Below the pieces are notes generated by a model, which worked only from the letters and a program-made list of their open reading frames with translations, did not search any database and was not told where the DNA came from. Source: Lama glama (lineage: Eukaryota). From it: 64,000 bases of DNA. A program made the translations under genes and the position numbers. Location: positions 10,852,001 to 10,916,000 of the forward strand of contig CM052832.1 of NCBI GenBank assembly GCA_028534125.1, given 5' to 3'. Each line of letters begins with the position of its first letter. Within the stretch, counting starts at the first letter, position 1. This document shows positions 12,280 to 25,300 of this stretch, in pieces.

Positions 12280-12458
12280 CTGGCTGGCTGGCAGACTGCA
12301 GGCCACTGCCTGATTTGGTAAATAAAGTTTTATGTTGCATCTGTGGCTGCTTTCAAGTCACAAAGAGAGTTAAGTAGTTGGGACAGAGATCATAGGGCCA
12401 CCAAGACCTACAGTATTTACTGTGTGGCCCTTCACAGACCAAGTCTGACCACCTCTGC
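12280..12458 (+). mobile_element. MER58A hAT-Charlie MITE
   Basis: GTAAATAAAGTTTTA...AGAGTTAAGTAGTTGGGACAGAGA...TATTTACTGTGTGGCCCTT...ACCTCTG. Confidence 0.85.
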
Positions 12459-13009
12459 ACTAGGCCTGCTGCTCTCCAGTATTCAAAAGGAGGGGAGGTC
12501 GTTGGTGACCCCCTGCCCTGGACCTTGTGACCCTGGCTCCTCCAGGAGGAAGAAGGGATGACTTTTGGCTCCTCCCCCGGTGGTTGCAGTGACCTGCAGC
12601 CTTGCACAAACTCCACTGTGGCCTGGCCTCTGGGCAGCACACAGCCTGGGACACCTGGCAGGCAGAGGAAGGTGTGACCCCCGCCTCCCCCTTCAGGAGG
12701 TGAGAAAGTTCTGGAGGTGGCACTGGTGAATGGGGACAACAAACAAGGTCTGGTCTAGAACAGTACGTACCAGTGCCTGGTTCCTGACAGCCCACCACGC
12801 AGCTGTAGGCCGGGAGTGGGTGTGGAGAAAATGAGGGAAGGGGCAGTGAAAGTTTCAGGAAGGTTCCCAGCATCTCAGGCCACTCTGGGCACTTGAAGCT
12901 CACTCCAGGAAGTCCCAGAATGCCACTCCCCCAGGGCATCACAAGATCTGCCTGTGTCTACTTCCTGCTGCCCTCAGCCATCCTGGGACTCCCTGGCCCT
13001 GCTGTCTTC

Positions 13010-14170
13010 ACCCTTGCTCTGCCCCTAGCTTAACCATGAGGTAATGCTTTGGAACTTCTAGTTCTACCACGTACAGGAGCTGCTCTTTTCAAGTCACTGT
13101 TGATCTCCATGTGGCTGAATCCCATTGTTAATTACCTGTCCTCATGTTGCTGGACCATCCTGCATCCTTTGACATATTCTTAAGTTCTCTTAAACCTTTT
13201 AAACCCTCTCTTCTCCTGGCTTTTGTGACCTCAAACAGTCCTCCCTCTGCTCCCTGCTTTTTGTTCTCCCCTACTGGAACCTCCTTCCTATGCTGAGCGC
13301 AGCTCCGGGACCCACGATTCTTTGTTGCTGATATCTTCTTTGGCCCCAGGTTTCTGTCTCTCTCCCTGACTTCTCCACTGGGCTCCAAACTGCAGTACAG
13401 AATCATTTGCTTGACATCCGGATGTCCACTGTCTTCTCAAACTGAGCATGTCCCAAAGCAGAAGTCCTGATTTCCCCACCCCAGGCTTGTTCCTCTTCTG
13501 TCCTCCTAATCTCTACGTGGCAAAACCTTCCACCCATCACTCAATACCCCGCCGCCCACAAACTAGGAGGCATTTCCAGGTTTTCCTGTCTCCTCTCACA
13601 TCTACGTGAACAATAAATTCTCTTGGCTCCAATTCAAAACATAACCCATAATTTTCCTTGTACTGCATCTCCACAGCCCCTGCCCCACTCCAAGCCACTC
13701 ATTATTCATGTGAGTGATTGCAGTTGCCTCCTAACTAGCTACCTGTCTCTTCTATACACCCAGGATGGTTTTATCTTTTATATGTGAATCGTATCAATCA
13801 TTCTCTTGCTAAAATGCTGAATGATTACCCATCACACTTAAGATGGTGCGTTTTCCTTATTGTGGCTCATGAACCTTGTGGCCATCCCATCTGTCTGCCC
13901 TCATTCTCCATGCTCCAGCCACACTGGCTATGGTCCTGCTATAGCACATCACGCTTGTCTCCTCCACGCCTGGAATGCTATCTTAGCTCATCCCAACACT
14001 GGATCCCTCTTGTCATTCTTGTCTCAGGTCAAAAGACATCTTCTCAGTGAAGTCTTCCTTGTTCATCAGATCCAGGTGACCACTCCCCCCATCCACCCCC
14101 AGTTGCTGCCATATCACACTTACAGTTTTTCCTAGCCCTCATCACTACTGAAATGACATTGTCATTAATG
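13010..14170 (+). mobile_element. L2 LINE, ~1.1 kb 3' portion
   Basis: GGATGTCCACTGTCTTCTCAAACTGAGCATGTCC; CCAAGCCACTCATTATTCA; GCCTGGAATGCT; CTCAGGTCAAAAGACATCTTCTCAG. Confidence 0.85.
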
Positions 14171-14184
14171 TGTCAAGACATTAA

Positions 14185-14660
14185 GAATCTGCTCTGGAGC
14201 CCAAATTACCTGGGTGCAAATCTCAGCTCGACCATTTCTAGCTGTGTGACCTCAGACAACCTAGATGGTGTCTCTGTGCCTCAGTTTCCACATCTGTGAA
14301 ATGGGGGTGCCAAATCCAACCCACTATCTGTTTTTAATCAACCCACAAGAATGGTTTTATATCTTTAAATGGTTAAAAAAACAAAAGAATATTTTGTGAC
14401 TCGTGAAGATTATATGAAATTTAAAATTTCAGTGACCATAAATAATGTTTTATTGGAACACAGCCATACCTTTACAGTTGGTTCCATATTATGATAGCAG
14501 AGTGGAGCCATTGTGACAGAGACCGCAAGGCCCATGAAGCCTAAAATATTGACTTTGGTTCTTTACAGAAATTGTTTGTTGACCTCTGAGGTAAATACCT
14601 GCCATCTAGGATTGATATAAGTGAATTATTATACGTAGGGTTCTTAGAACAATGTCCGTA
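14185..14660 (+). mobile_element. MIR split by MER58B insertion
   Basis: Core CTCTGTGCCTCAGTTTCCACATCTGTGAAATGGG breaks at ~14303 and resumes at ~14589 with TACCTGCCATCTAGGATTG. Confidence 0.8.
14303..14588 (+). mobile_element. MER58B hAT-Charlie MITE
   Basis: AAGAATGGTTTT..TATATGAAATTTAAAATTTCAGTG..TTTTATTGGAACACAGCCA..GCCTAAAATATT..GACCTCTG. Confidence 0.85.
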
Positions 14661-14778
14661 TCTGTATAGATACAGATGAGATATAGATAATAGACAGATG
14701 GACAGATGGATAGAGGTATAGATGTCTGTCAGCAACATGAAAGTATCAGCTGTTGTTTAATACCTGCCTTCCCTGCAC

Positions 14779-14979
14779 CAGCCTGTGTAGTGGAACTTTA
14801 CGCCCTCGTGGAAACGTTCTGTATCCGCACCACGATGCAGCGGTCACTCGTTACACGTGACTGTGGAGCATTTGACATGTAGCTACTGTGACTAAGGAAC
14901 TGAATTTTCAATTATAGTTAATTTCAATTTTAATTTAAGGTGCCACCTGGGGCTAGTGGCTACCAGATTGGACAGTACT
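14779..14979 (+). mobile_element. MER3 hAT-Charlie MITE
   Basis: GGAAACGTTCTGTATC..GACTAAGGAACTGAATTTT..GGCTAGTGGCTACCAGATTGGACAG. Confidence 0.85.
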
Positions 14980-16048
14980 GCTCTAAAACAAAGCCCACGG
15001 GAAAATGCACGCCTGGCATATGGTAAGTATTCAGACACATCAGCTGTGCTGCTCCTCCCTTCCCGTCTCCCAGCCTCTGTTCTCCCACTCCTCTCTCTCC
15101 TCTCATGGCCTGTGCTTCTCCTTCACTCTTTGTCCTGCTTTCTCTCTTAGGGGCATGTCCTGTTTCTCCCTCTGTGTCCCCATCACTACCCTGCAGGCCC
15201 CTCCATCAGACAGTGGCACCAGTGCCCCATCCTCAGCCTTACACTTAGCTGTAAATCAGCCCTGGTAACTCACCATCTGGTCCAGCCCTTAGCAGAGCAC
15301 AGGGAGCCAGGCCAGGCAGATCCTAGATGGAGGCGGACAAGGTAACCAGGCCTCTTGGTGTAGCAGCCAAGGACGCTCCATCATTTCCGAGGCTGGTGCT
15401 GCACTCACAGGGTGCCTGGTGCCAGGAGTCCGCGCCAGGCCTGAGCAGGGCCGCCAATCACAGAGGAGCCAGGGGCCGGGAGGGTGGAGAGTGGCCAGGA
15501 GCCTGGCTGCAGGTGCTGCGGGCAGCCAGCAGGTGGATGGTGCCCAGGCAGCGATGAGAGGGCTGCGGGCAGTGTCCCTGAAGCCTTATGTTCCCGACTT
15601 AGAACCTTGTTACCATCACTGCAGCTGTGGGCCCCTTGTCAGTGGCAGGAAAGGGCATCAAGGAAGCCTTGTGCAAGATCGAAGTTCCCATCCAGAGACA
15701 GCTCGTGCCTTGCAGCCACGGGCCCACCCCTCGCACGGAGCCCAGCAGCCATGGGCACACTGCCCTCTGCAGGGAGGCCAGAATAAGCAGGAGGGGCCTG
15801 GGTCCCAGCAGGAGAGTGCCAGGTTGTAGGGGACACTGGGCCCAGAGCTCACAGAGAACAGTTCAGTGACTTTTGATGAATGTGTGAATGAACGAGTAAG
15901 TACCAAACCCTCCCAGTCTTTTTTGGAACAAGCAGGTTATCGACTCAGGAAACCTGCCTCCAGGTTTGGCTCAGTCTCTCAGAACTAGCTATATGTTGCT
16001 GGACGAGTCACTTGCCTTCATGTGGAAAACAAAGGGGTTGGACTGGAT

Positions 16049-16227
16049 CAGTGGTTCTTAATTGAATGGAGGGAGAATGTTTATACATGCGTGGGGGGCT
16101 TTTTGGTTGTCACAGTGACGAGGAGGTGCGATGCACCACGGATGCAACATCCTGCAAAGAGCGATTGTTCCACCCAAGAAAAATCATTGTGCCAAAACAC
16201 TGGTAGTGCCCAGAGAGAATTGCTCTG
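16049..16227 (+). mobile_element. MER20-like hAT MITE, degenerate
   Basis: CAGTGGTTCTTAA start; TTTTGGTTGTCACA; AACATCCTGCAA. Confidence 0.6.
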
Positions 16228-16256
16228 ATCCATTCAGCTGGGACGTCTGCCTGCCA

Positions 16257-16691
16257 GTAGGAGTTGCTGTCAGTGCTCCCCCAGTGCCCCGGCCTTGACC
16301 ATTTTAGCTACTCCCAGATTAACTCTCAGTTAGCAATACCTGCATTTCTTTGCTAGAGGACTTTCTCTGGCAGCTGAATTCTGTTCTGCCTGCTCACATG
16401 GCAGCTAGAATGCTAGGGGGGCTAACAGACCCTGGGAGCAGCCCTCGCCAGTAACTGAGGGAGCTGGTGTATACAAACCCCAGCTTCCTGTCCCTCGGGT
16501 GGGTAGCTCTGAGCTTCATTCCTCCATCTCACAGAGGACTCCTGTGGGTCAGCCTCAGTTGCCTATAGCAGGACCTAGGATAGATTTGCCACCCATGGGT
16601 TCCTTCCCTTCCTCTTCTTATCACCCAACTCCCTTATTTTCACTTGAATTCTTGTCTCAGGGTTGGCGTTTTGGAGAGTCCAAACAGAGAC
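16257..16691 (+). mobile_element. ERVL LTR16-like solo LTR
   Basis: CCCTGGGAGCAGCCCTC; CCCCAGCTTCCTGTCCCTCGGGTGGG; 3' end CTTGAATTCTTGTCTCAGGG...CCAAACAGAGAC. Confidence 0.8.
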
Positions 16692-17314
16692 CTCCCAGCT
16701 GAACTGTCCAGAGAGGCCAGAATGTGAGTGCCCCGCCTGCCTTAGTGGAGCTCGATTCAGCCCCACATGGACATTGGAAGGAGCCTAAGTAACTACTCGG
16801 GACTTTGAGCTTAACCAAAGTCCCAGGATGGATGGCGGCTGGGCCAGGTGTGCGGATGGCAGGGACCCCACGCTGCCCAGTATCCCAGTGCCCTGAGCAG
16901 ACACAGGGGCAGCTGCGAGGACCCAGACTTCATTTCTCTCCTCAGCACCCTCCTCTAGGCTCATCACTGGGTGAAATCACCCACTGGCCAGGAGAGGGAA
17001 ACAGACACATCGAAATACATCCTTCTCACGATGGCCAGTGCTCAGTTCTTGGGGAAATCAGACCATGCTCTCTTCATCTGCAACAAGGGCTTCTTCTTTC
17101 GAAGGGAGGTAAAAATGGAGGGAGCAACTCCTGGTTATTTTCCATTTCTTCTTATCTGTCTGGTCTCATTGAAAAAATCTAACATTCGGCCTAAATGGTC
17201 CCGAAGACCAGGGCCACACAGGGCCAGCCAGGAGTTAGAAGCAACAAAGGAAGTGTGTAGTGGGGTCAGCGGAATAGACCAGCTGCTTCACAAAGAAAGG
17301 GAAAATGGGACCAT

Positions 17315-17713
17315 GTCTGTATGGCAAGTGCCACAAGTTGGCTGCCCCAGCCCTCATTCTGACCCCCTTCCACCCAAAGGAACTAAGTGGCCAATGAGTT
17401 GCAGTAGGTTTATACTTGAGGGGTCATGGGGAGCCCTAATAAAGATACTGCCCCTCTCCCCTCCACCACGCTTTTGCTTTCTTCCTACTGGAAATGCAAA
17501 TGTGATGGCTGGAACTGCAGCAGCCATCCTGGGCTCATAAAGGAAAGACTTAAGAACATCTAAGACTTTGGTGCTGACATCCCTTGAACTTGTACCAGTA
17601 GCTACCTACCTCTGGATTTCTTATTATGGGAGGAAGATGAACCTCTCTTTTTTTTTAGACACTGAAGTTGGGTTTTCTGATCATCGCTACCTAACACATT
17701 CCTGACTGAGACA
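17315..17713 (+). mobile_element. MaLR LTR (MLT1I/J-like)
   Basis: CTTCCTACTGGAAATGCAAATGTGATGGCTGGAACTGCAGCAGCCATC; end CATTCCTGACTGAGACA. Confidence 0.75.
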
Positions 17714-19439
17714 GTTGGCTATACTCTCTTGCCCTTGCACAGCTCTGCCAGGTCCATTGTGTGCCCAGCCTCTCAGCCCACCTTTTCATCACAGCCATTG
17801 TTGTGGGAATCAACTTCTGACAGCACCCTGCAGGCTCTGTTCCGCCTCTCTCTCTCCACCTTAGCAGTGGCTGCCTAGAACCTGCCCAGCTATGCAGACA
17901 TAGGCACAGCCTTGAGAAGTGCAAGGACGTCAATTCCACTGTGGCGTGAGGCAGCCATTGTCCATTGATGGACAGGAACTGAAGGATAGCTACTACCTTG
18001 AGTAGACATTTTGGAAGCATTTAGAAGCCCCCAGTGTGATGGTAAGTTACACTTGAATTGGCTTGTTCTTCCTGTTTCATTCTTTGCAGCCCCCTACTTC
18101 TATTCCTTCCCATATCCAGAGACCCTGTTTCAGACTTTGCTTTGGTGGGTGGAGGGGCCCAGCCTAAGATATTTGAGATTACTGGGTGATCTTGGCCAGA
18201 TTGCTCACCCTCTTTGGGCCTCAGTCTTCTCCGTAGACCTTGGACTGAATGCTTTCTGGGGTCCCTCCCTCTGTGCATCCCTGTGCCCTGTCCTTCACAT
18301 CAGTGTGTCAGCCCCAACTGAAGGTTCCATGGTGCCAGGACCTACGACTGCTTCAGTCTGTCTCTAGGGGATTCAGGCCAGCATCACACATACAGTCAGT
18401 GGAGGAGGGAAGAGAACAGCCAGAAGAAAATGTTAATTATAAAGTAAAGCAAACCAGAAAGAAAAAAGGAAAAAATCTCTCAGGCTGGAAGCTCAATCAT
18501 GTGAAGGGGGGGAGGATGGAAGTTGCTAGGTGGGTGCTGAGCCCATTAAATGGGAATGAGCTGGGGTAGAGTGTGCCAGCCAGGGGCAGGGGTCAAACAC
18601 ACAGCCCGGTGCTAATTAGCTGCAAGTGGCTTTGGTCACAGGTCACCGAGAGCAGGAAACACTAGTCCTGCCAGGATGTTGCAGAGGGATCTGGGAGTGA
18701 GGGGAGGGAGGGCAGAAGATGGCTGAGGGGCTGGCGGACGGGCTGGAGGCACAGGGCTGGGATCTGTGGCTTGCACTGAGCTGTCTGATCCTTTCAAAGC
18801 CACCCTGACTTCCAAGCTCTGCTAGTGTGGGAGGCTCAGAGGCAGTGCAGTGAGTCCTTCCTGAGAGCCCGCCTCCACTGGAAAAAGAGGGACGCGGTCC
18901 CTGACCTTGTGGAGGTCACAGTCCAGTGTGGAAAGTGCTTCTAGATGGGGTGAGCCTGAGTCACTCAGGGAATGCTCACCAGGTGGAGAAGCTTCGAGAA
19001 AGGTTTCCAGGAAGAAGTGTCTTCTCTGTTGAAATCTGGGAGAAGTAATCCAGGCAAGCAAAATGGGGTGGCTGGGTGGGGAGGGGACAAGCATGCCTGG
19101 CATAGGGAACTGCATGTATCTCTGGAGGGCTCCCCGCCTATGGTCATGGTTTCTTTCCTTCCCCCTAGGCCTTCTGAGTAGTAGAACTGAGCAGTGCAGG
19201 GTGTGGCCCGAGCTCGGTGCTTGGACCCTGGGCCTCCAGCTTAGGATTCCATTCTGCCCTCTCAAGATGAGACTAGAGGGAGGCTCTCCAGGGGTCAGGT
19301 GGGAATGAAAGTGTATCATTTATTCATGCAACAAACACTAAATGCCTGCTCCATGACAGCCTCCACGCTGGGGGCAAGAGCCACAAAGATAAGTTTTGTT
19401 AGGTTCTTACCCTCCCTGAGTCCCCACACTAGGAAGATA

Positions 19440-19925
19440 GATACATACACAAATAATTACAGAAAACCCCAAGTAACAGTCACATAAGCAAAATAGATGT
19501 TCATTTCTGTTTCATATTATCAGTTAGAGAAGTAGAGTAGGCCAGGGCTGGTACAGCAGCTCTGTAGGCATCTAAGACCCATCTTCTTATTCCTTCACCT
19601 TCCTCAGTATGTAGGTTCCATTGTGTGATCCAGTATGGCTGCTGGAGCTCCAGACATCTCATCTGCATTCCATCCAGCAAAGTAGAGGAAATGAGGAAGA
19701 AAAGGGTGCTCTTCATTTTAAGAACACTTCCAAAGAGTTGTCTACACTGATTTAGCTAATGTCCAGTTGGCTAAAATTCAGTCAAATGGCCACACCTACT
19801 TGCAAGGTGGGATGGGAATATAGACTTTATTCCAGGAGTCCACGTGCCAGCAAAAAATTACGGATCCTTTCACTAAGGAAGATGGAGGGAAGAGAGATTG
19901 GGTATATATAGCACCCTCTGCTACA
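19440..19925 (-). mobile_element. MaLR LTR (MLT1J-like)
   Basis: ATGGCTGCTGGAGCTCCAGACATC; ATGGCCACACCTACTTGCAAGG; end CTCTGCTACA. Confidence 0.8.
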
Positions 19926-20401
19926 AATCAGAATCCTTCCTGGCCAAGGATGGCAGAATTTTGGGCTAGGAATTTCTACCACTGCATCTGTTTTGGGCCA
20001 AGAGGCCTCTGATATATGTCCCCATCACAGAACCTCAGATTGTTTTTTGGGACTAGAAGACTGGATCCTTGCTCTAGATCCCAAAGCAGACTCCTCTGCC
20101 CAGTCTGCTTTCTCTTTTCCTTCTCAGGTGGTACTTTCCAATGAGCCTCTTGCATTGCTAACTCCTTCTCAGCCTCTGCTTCCCAGGATTTGGACCAGCC
20201 CAGGAGGTCAACAGACACTTTGTGCGTCACTTTCATCTATCTGCTCAGTTTTGTTCCTTCCTCCAGTCATTGCTCGGGGTCTCAGACAGGCTTGGACCAG
20301 CTTCTCGCAGGTGCAGCCCTGTAGCCCTCCCCTCTGCCTGTGCCCTGCATCTCTCACTTCCTGCCCAGGGCTTCTCCGAGGCCGCAGTGTGGATTTTCTG
20401 G

Positions 20402-20883
20402 TGTTACCAAGTCCAAGCTCCTACTGCTCCCTGCACGACAGGCCAGTAAATTGAGAAGCGAGTTGCTGGGGTAAGGAATAGTGACTTTATTTGGAAAGCC
20501 AGCAGACCGAGAAGATGGTGAACTAGTGTCTCAGAGAACCATCTTACCCCAGGTAGAATTCAGGCTTATTTCATACTAAAAGGGGATGAGGTGTGAGTGG
20601 TTGTTGCAAACTTCTTGGTGCAGGAATCCTTTATTTTTTTTCAGCTGTCCCCAGTAGGTCAGGTCACAAAGTTCCTGTAAGCCACCAGCAAGACAAATGT
20701 TTTCCTCTGTTCTGCAACTTTTAATCTCTATATGAAAAGGAAAAAGGTCAGAGTCTTGAGAATGGGCTGTCTTGTATATTTCAGGCTAGAGGCAACATTC
20801 TTGTAGCAAAAGCAATAGATTACACAGGTTAAAGGAAAAGAAACAGATCCAATACGGAGTTGGATTAGTTCTTCCCTGTTACA
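20402..20883 (-). mobile_element. ERV1-class solo LTR
   Basis: TGTTACC...TGTTACA termini; reverse poly(A) signal GACTTTATT near the left end; flanks CTGG/CCCA are not a TSD. Confidence 0.8.
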
Positions 20884-21200
20884 CCCAGAGTACCTACTTG
20901 GCCCGCAGGTGCCTGCAGCCAGGAAGCGCTGGCCACCCTTGGCCAAGAGGGGGTGGTGGCAACTGAGAATCATCCTCCTTCTCAGTGCCCTGACACACAG
21001 TTCTGAAACATGTGCCCTAAGGCTCCTGAGATGACCAGTGGGGTCGAGTACCAGTTGCCCACACAGGTGGCGAATCTGACAATGCAAACTTGCCTTGGCT
21101 TTTCCCCTCCTGGTTGTTTCCCCTATTCCCTCCCTCCTCCTCATACTCCACTTCCCAGGAAGCTTCCCCCAGCCTGCAAGCCTTTGTCTCAGCAAGTCAG
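20884..21200 (+). mobile_element. ERVL LTR16-like fragment
   Basis: CCAGTTGCCCACACAGGTGG; TTGGCTTTTCCCCTCC; GCAAGCCTTTGTCTCAG. Confidence 0.6.
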
Positions 21201-21568
21201 CAGAGATATAGGATGTACAGGGAGGCCTTGCTCTCTCTCCCACTTTCCCTCACACACCAGGAACTGCCCAAGGGGCACGTGACCTGAATTCAGAGACCAG
21301 GTTCAAGTCCTGTTCTGGGCTTGCAGCTCTGAGTCCTTGGACTTGGCCTCTCTGTCTCCCATCCTCTTGTCGGTCAGTTGGCGGAGGGCATGCTTACACC
21401 CAGAGTCACCTTCAGAACATCACTCTCATGGTGTCCCACACAAGTGCTGTCCCTTGTTGTGTGACATGTAGCCCTGCTTACACCACAGGGTAAAGTGAGG
21501 TGGTGAGTGCATCGAGCATGCGCTTGGCACAAGTGGGAGCTTAATGGAGTTTACTTCCCTTCCTTCTG

Positions 21569-21640
21569 CCATTAGTCTGGGGATCCTCTGAGGTCAAGGG
21601 CTATGTCTCTCCCCTCAGACTGGGGCTCCTGAGGGCAGGG
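21569..21640 (+). repeat. Two degenerate units of a ~39-bp minisatellite (CCCCTCAGACTGGGGCTCCTGAGGGCAGGG)
   Basis: Tandem units visible; shares an exact 20-mer with the array at 39851-39978. Confidence 0.65.
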
Positions 21641-24288
21641 CTGGGAGCTTCCCTATCCCTTCCCACTTCTCAGCAGCTGTCTGCATCCCTTACCCTGCCA
21701 CCCCTTCTGGCTGTGTTCCAGTCTGCTTTCTGCTCCAGGAGATGGCTGTTCTTTTCCTGAGCGGGCGAGCGTGCTGCCTCCCTGTCCCCTGCTCATCTCT
21801 GCTCTCTCTGTGTCCTCCTCCTTCCTGTGTGTGTGTGAGGAAAAACATGTTACATTATGCTCACTGCAAGCTCACCCTTTGGTGATGAAAAGGAACATTG
21901 TGCTGCAAGCAGAGTCATGCTAATTACAAGGTGGAAACCACAGCTTTTTACCAAGAGATAAAGAGGGACATTCTGTGCCTTTTCCAAGCAAAGGTCCTAG
22001 GGAGCTGGGCAGTAGGGCTCCCCTGAGAAGCTGCGTGGTCCCTTTAGGTCTGTCTGCCCCCCACTTGCCGTGGGAGGAGAATGACCTTTGCAGGGAGGAA
22101 ATGAAATCCCTCCACAGGGAAGGTTCATTAATAGGCATCAGTGACCCAGAACCGCCACTCTCTTCCCTGGGAAAGCACAGAGGTTGCTGCTGGAACAGCC
22201 CGTCAGCCTAGGGGCTGGAGCAGGGGGGAGGTTCACAGAGCCCAAGCAGGGCCCACCACCGGATCAGACTCATGTCTGCAGATCTGTTCCGCCCCAGTCC
22301 TAGTCTCAGCCAAAGACCCCACCTTCCCATCACAAGGGCAGCAAAAGCCCCTGGTCCTCAGCATTGATGCTGGCAGTTTTGCAGCTCACTCTTCCACTTT
22401 TTATATTCATTCATCCCTCCCGCTCTCCCTCCTTCTTCGCCTCCTCCCTTCCCGTCAGCTTTGGGGCAGTGCTCAGCACTGGGCATACACAGTGAAGAGG
22501 GAGACATGACCCTACCCTCATGGAGCTTTGATTCTAACAGAAGAGACAGATAATAAGCAAATGATGATAGTAAATAGGATTGGGATGGGTGTTACAAAAG
22601 AAAATTTACCTAATTTGAGGTTAAAATCTTAAGTAATGAAGCTCGAGGTTACTGTGTATCAGAATTGTCACAATTCATCCATCCATTCATTCATTCATTC
22701 ACTGCTTACTGGCAACCACAGTCTACCAAGCCCTGTGGCCTGGGTGGAAGGAAATCTACCGCACCCCTCTTCTCTAATGGAGCCCACCTCCCAGATAGGA
22801 GACAGACAAGAAATGGCTCAGACAATGATGGTTAAGATAATACCCAGCGTCAGACATCATGCTGTGATTTGGATATTTCATAGACTTTATTCCTTACAAT
22901 GATTCTGGGTGTCAGTATTTCCAACCTTCAGCTGGGGAAACTTATCTTCATGATGCCACAAGACTTTTGAATCTCCATGTTGCCTAGAGTGCTTGGAATT
23001 AAGAAAACAAATTCCAGCAGATCAAGAATAACTCTGACCCTTCCCTGGGCAGGAGTCACTATGAACATTACTGGTTCCTTGTCCTCATCCCAGTGACAGT
23101 TTCACCCTGGGTGGTGCCTGACCTATCACTGCTGGGTGCAGACGAGGAAGGACGGTCTGGCTTGCAGGACCATACAGTTCCCCGCACAGCAGGGCCCACT
23201 TCTCTCCTTGATATCGACATTTTCCCCAGGCCTGCGGGGTGACATAATTTTAAATGTAATGATTTCCTTTTACATATGTCTATTGACTTTTCTTTACGTT
23301 CCACTGGCATTCTCCAATACTTAGCCAACAGAACAACCCAGTTACACCAATTCCCAGCAAACGAGGGTGTATATATTCATTGCCTCTGGCTCTCCACTCC
23401 CTGAGCTGGGCTGCTGTCCCTAGTCCATCAGGGTTCACAACACTGGGGGCAAGTGGCCCTTTGCAGGTGGGACATCCAGTCCCTAACTTCTCCTTCCTGC
23501 ATACCTTGCCTTGTGGGAGCTCCTCAGCCAGGGTGGGAGAATGAAAGATACACACAGGACTCAACTCACTGGTGTCCTTGTGCCTCAAGGCCAAGGATAG
23601 GGCAGGGCAGGGGTGCGACAGCTGAAGCTATTGGATGGGGTGAGGTCTTTGTCTCATCCTTGAGGCTGTTACCCATGTTCGGGCCTGAGAGTGTGTGTTT
23701 TGTGTTAGGACTTGGGGAAGTGTGTGGAATGAGGCTGTAGGGGCTGATCTGTAAGTTGAGATGAGGGGAAGTGGGGACATCACCCTGTGTTCCGGGCATT
23801 TTAGATCTTTAATTGCTCACTCCTCTGGGTCTACCCGCTTCGATTTCGAGCTAGAGGAGAGGATTCATGTCCTCTTCTGCCATCTAGAAGGTTGAGTGGC
23901 CATACTGAACACTGGCAGTGACCCCCTCCCGTATCCCCTCTGGTGCAAGCCACTCTATTTCCAGATACCTGCACATGCTTTTATACTTTTGACTGAGGGC
24001 TTCCCTTGGTCTTGGGAGCCTTTTCTGCCCATTCACAGAAGGCTAGAAGACCTGGGCAATAAACAGCCCAGGAGTAGCTTAACCCATGAGTGACCAAAGT
24101 AGATGTATGAATGCCCCAGCTCCCTCACAGCTGGGGTGCATAAGTCCAAGGTGCACGTTCTGCGCTGGCTTCCAGAGCTCCTAGCAGGATTAAGCAGGAT
24201 CAGCTGGCAATCTGATCTTCAATGCACTTCTGCACTGCCTGCCTTCCCTTCCCTTCCCTTCCCTGTCCCACTTCCCCACTCCTCTTCC

Positions 24289-24598
24289 TGAGGAAGCTTA
24301 TTTAAGGGCCAGGTAAGGTGGGGGTGGGTCACAGGGTATGTGATCAGCTCGTGCACAATTCTCTGATGGGTTGATGTTGAGGGAACAGGGTGATCAACAC
24401 TATCCACCACTAGGTGCCAGAAGGTCTGGGGGCCCCCCAGAGCATCAAGTAGTTCATTTCTTCCCTTTGGTAGTGGTTTTTAGCATTAGAAAAACTCAGG
24501 AAATATAATGAGATACTATTATCAGAGAGGAGCTACAGCAGAGGATATAGGGGAGGGGTCTGACCCTGGAAGGCCCCTCAGGTTCCTGCTCAATTACA
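24289..24598 (-). mobile_element. ERV1-class LTR fragment (5' part)
   Basis: Ends CCTGCTCAATTACA (TGTAA start on minus); GATCAGCTCGTGCACAATTCTCTGAT; GAGGAGCTACAGCAGAGGATAT. Confidence 0.7.
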
Positions 24599-25199
24599 GA
24601 TTCTGGTCCCATTTCTACCACTTAGACCTTGGGCCAGAGACAAGCTGTCTTTGCCTCAGTTTCCTCATTTGTAAAACAGGGATAAGGACAGGCCCTGCCG
24701 CACAGAGCTGTTCTGAAGATTAGATGAGTGATTGCCTGGAGAGCCTGACAGTAGTACCTGGCGTGTGGCGGCTGTTCAGATGTTACTAAACCATGGGCCC
24801 CACAAGGTCAGGGGCATTTCCAGCCTTGTACACCCTGTGTGTGTTATTCACCGTTCCTGCACAGGGTAGAGTGGTCGGCAGTATTTACTAAATCAAATTC
24901 CTGTCCTGACCCTGACTCCTGTGACACTGCCCTTGGCTCCTCCACTCCTGACTGTATGTTGTGCTGTGACTCCAGACTCTGGCTCCCAGCCTGGTGGGGC
25001 ACTGCTGCCTTGGCCACAGTTGGTGGTGTTGCTGGGCAGTGGAGCCTGAGGCCCTTCCCAGGTGACCCTGCCCTCTCAAGGCATGTGGACAGGCTGGGGA
25101 GGTCAGACCTGGAGGTGACATCTTCGTGGTTAATGAGGCTTCTTCTCTGGTTCCCCATCCTGTCACCCTGGGTAGCAGTGCTAGCAAGAGGCTCAGGGC

Positions 25200-25300
25200 A
25201 GCCTCTCTCAGGATTGCAATTTCTAATTAGCCTCCGCTCTTTGAAAGGAGTAAAATGCAACACAAATGTGAGTTGTTAATAAAAACAGTTCATCTTGTTG
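25200..25300. promoter_or_regulatory. Candidate enhancer motif cluster
   Basis: Repeat-free; CTAATTAG 25223-25230, TCF/LEF-like CTTTGAA 25239-25245, TTAATAAAA 25276-25284. Confidence 0.35.

Noticed and set aside
16971..17540. 189-aa ORF
   Set aside because: Non-ATG start; runs into an MLT1 LTR; no homology recognised
20105..20135. Strong splice acceptor-like CTTTCTCTTTTCCTTCTCAG
   Set aside because: No convincing donor or reading frame downstream; isolated acceptors are common
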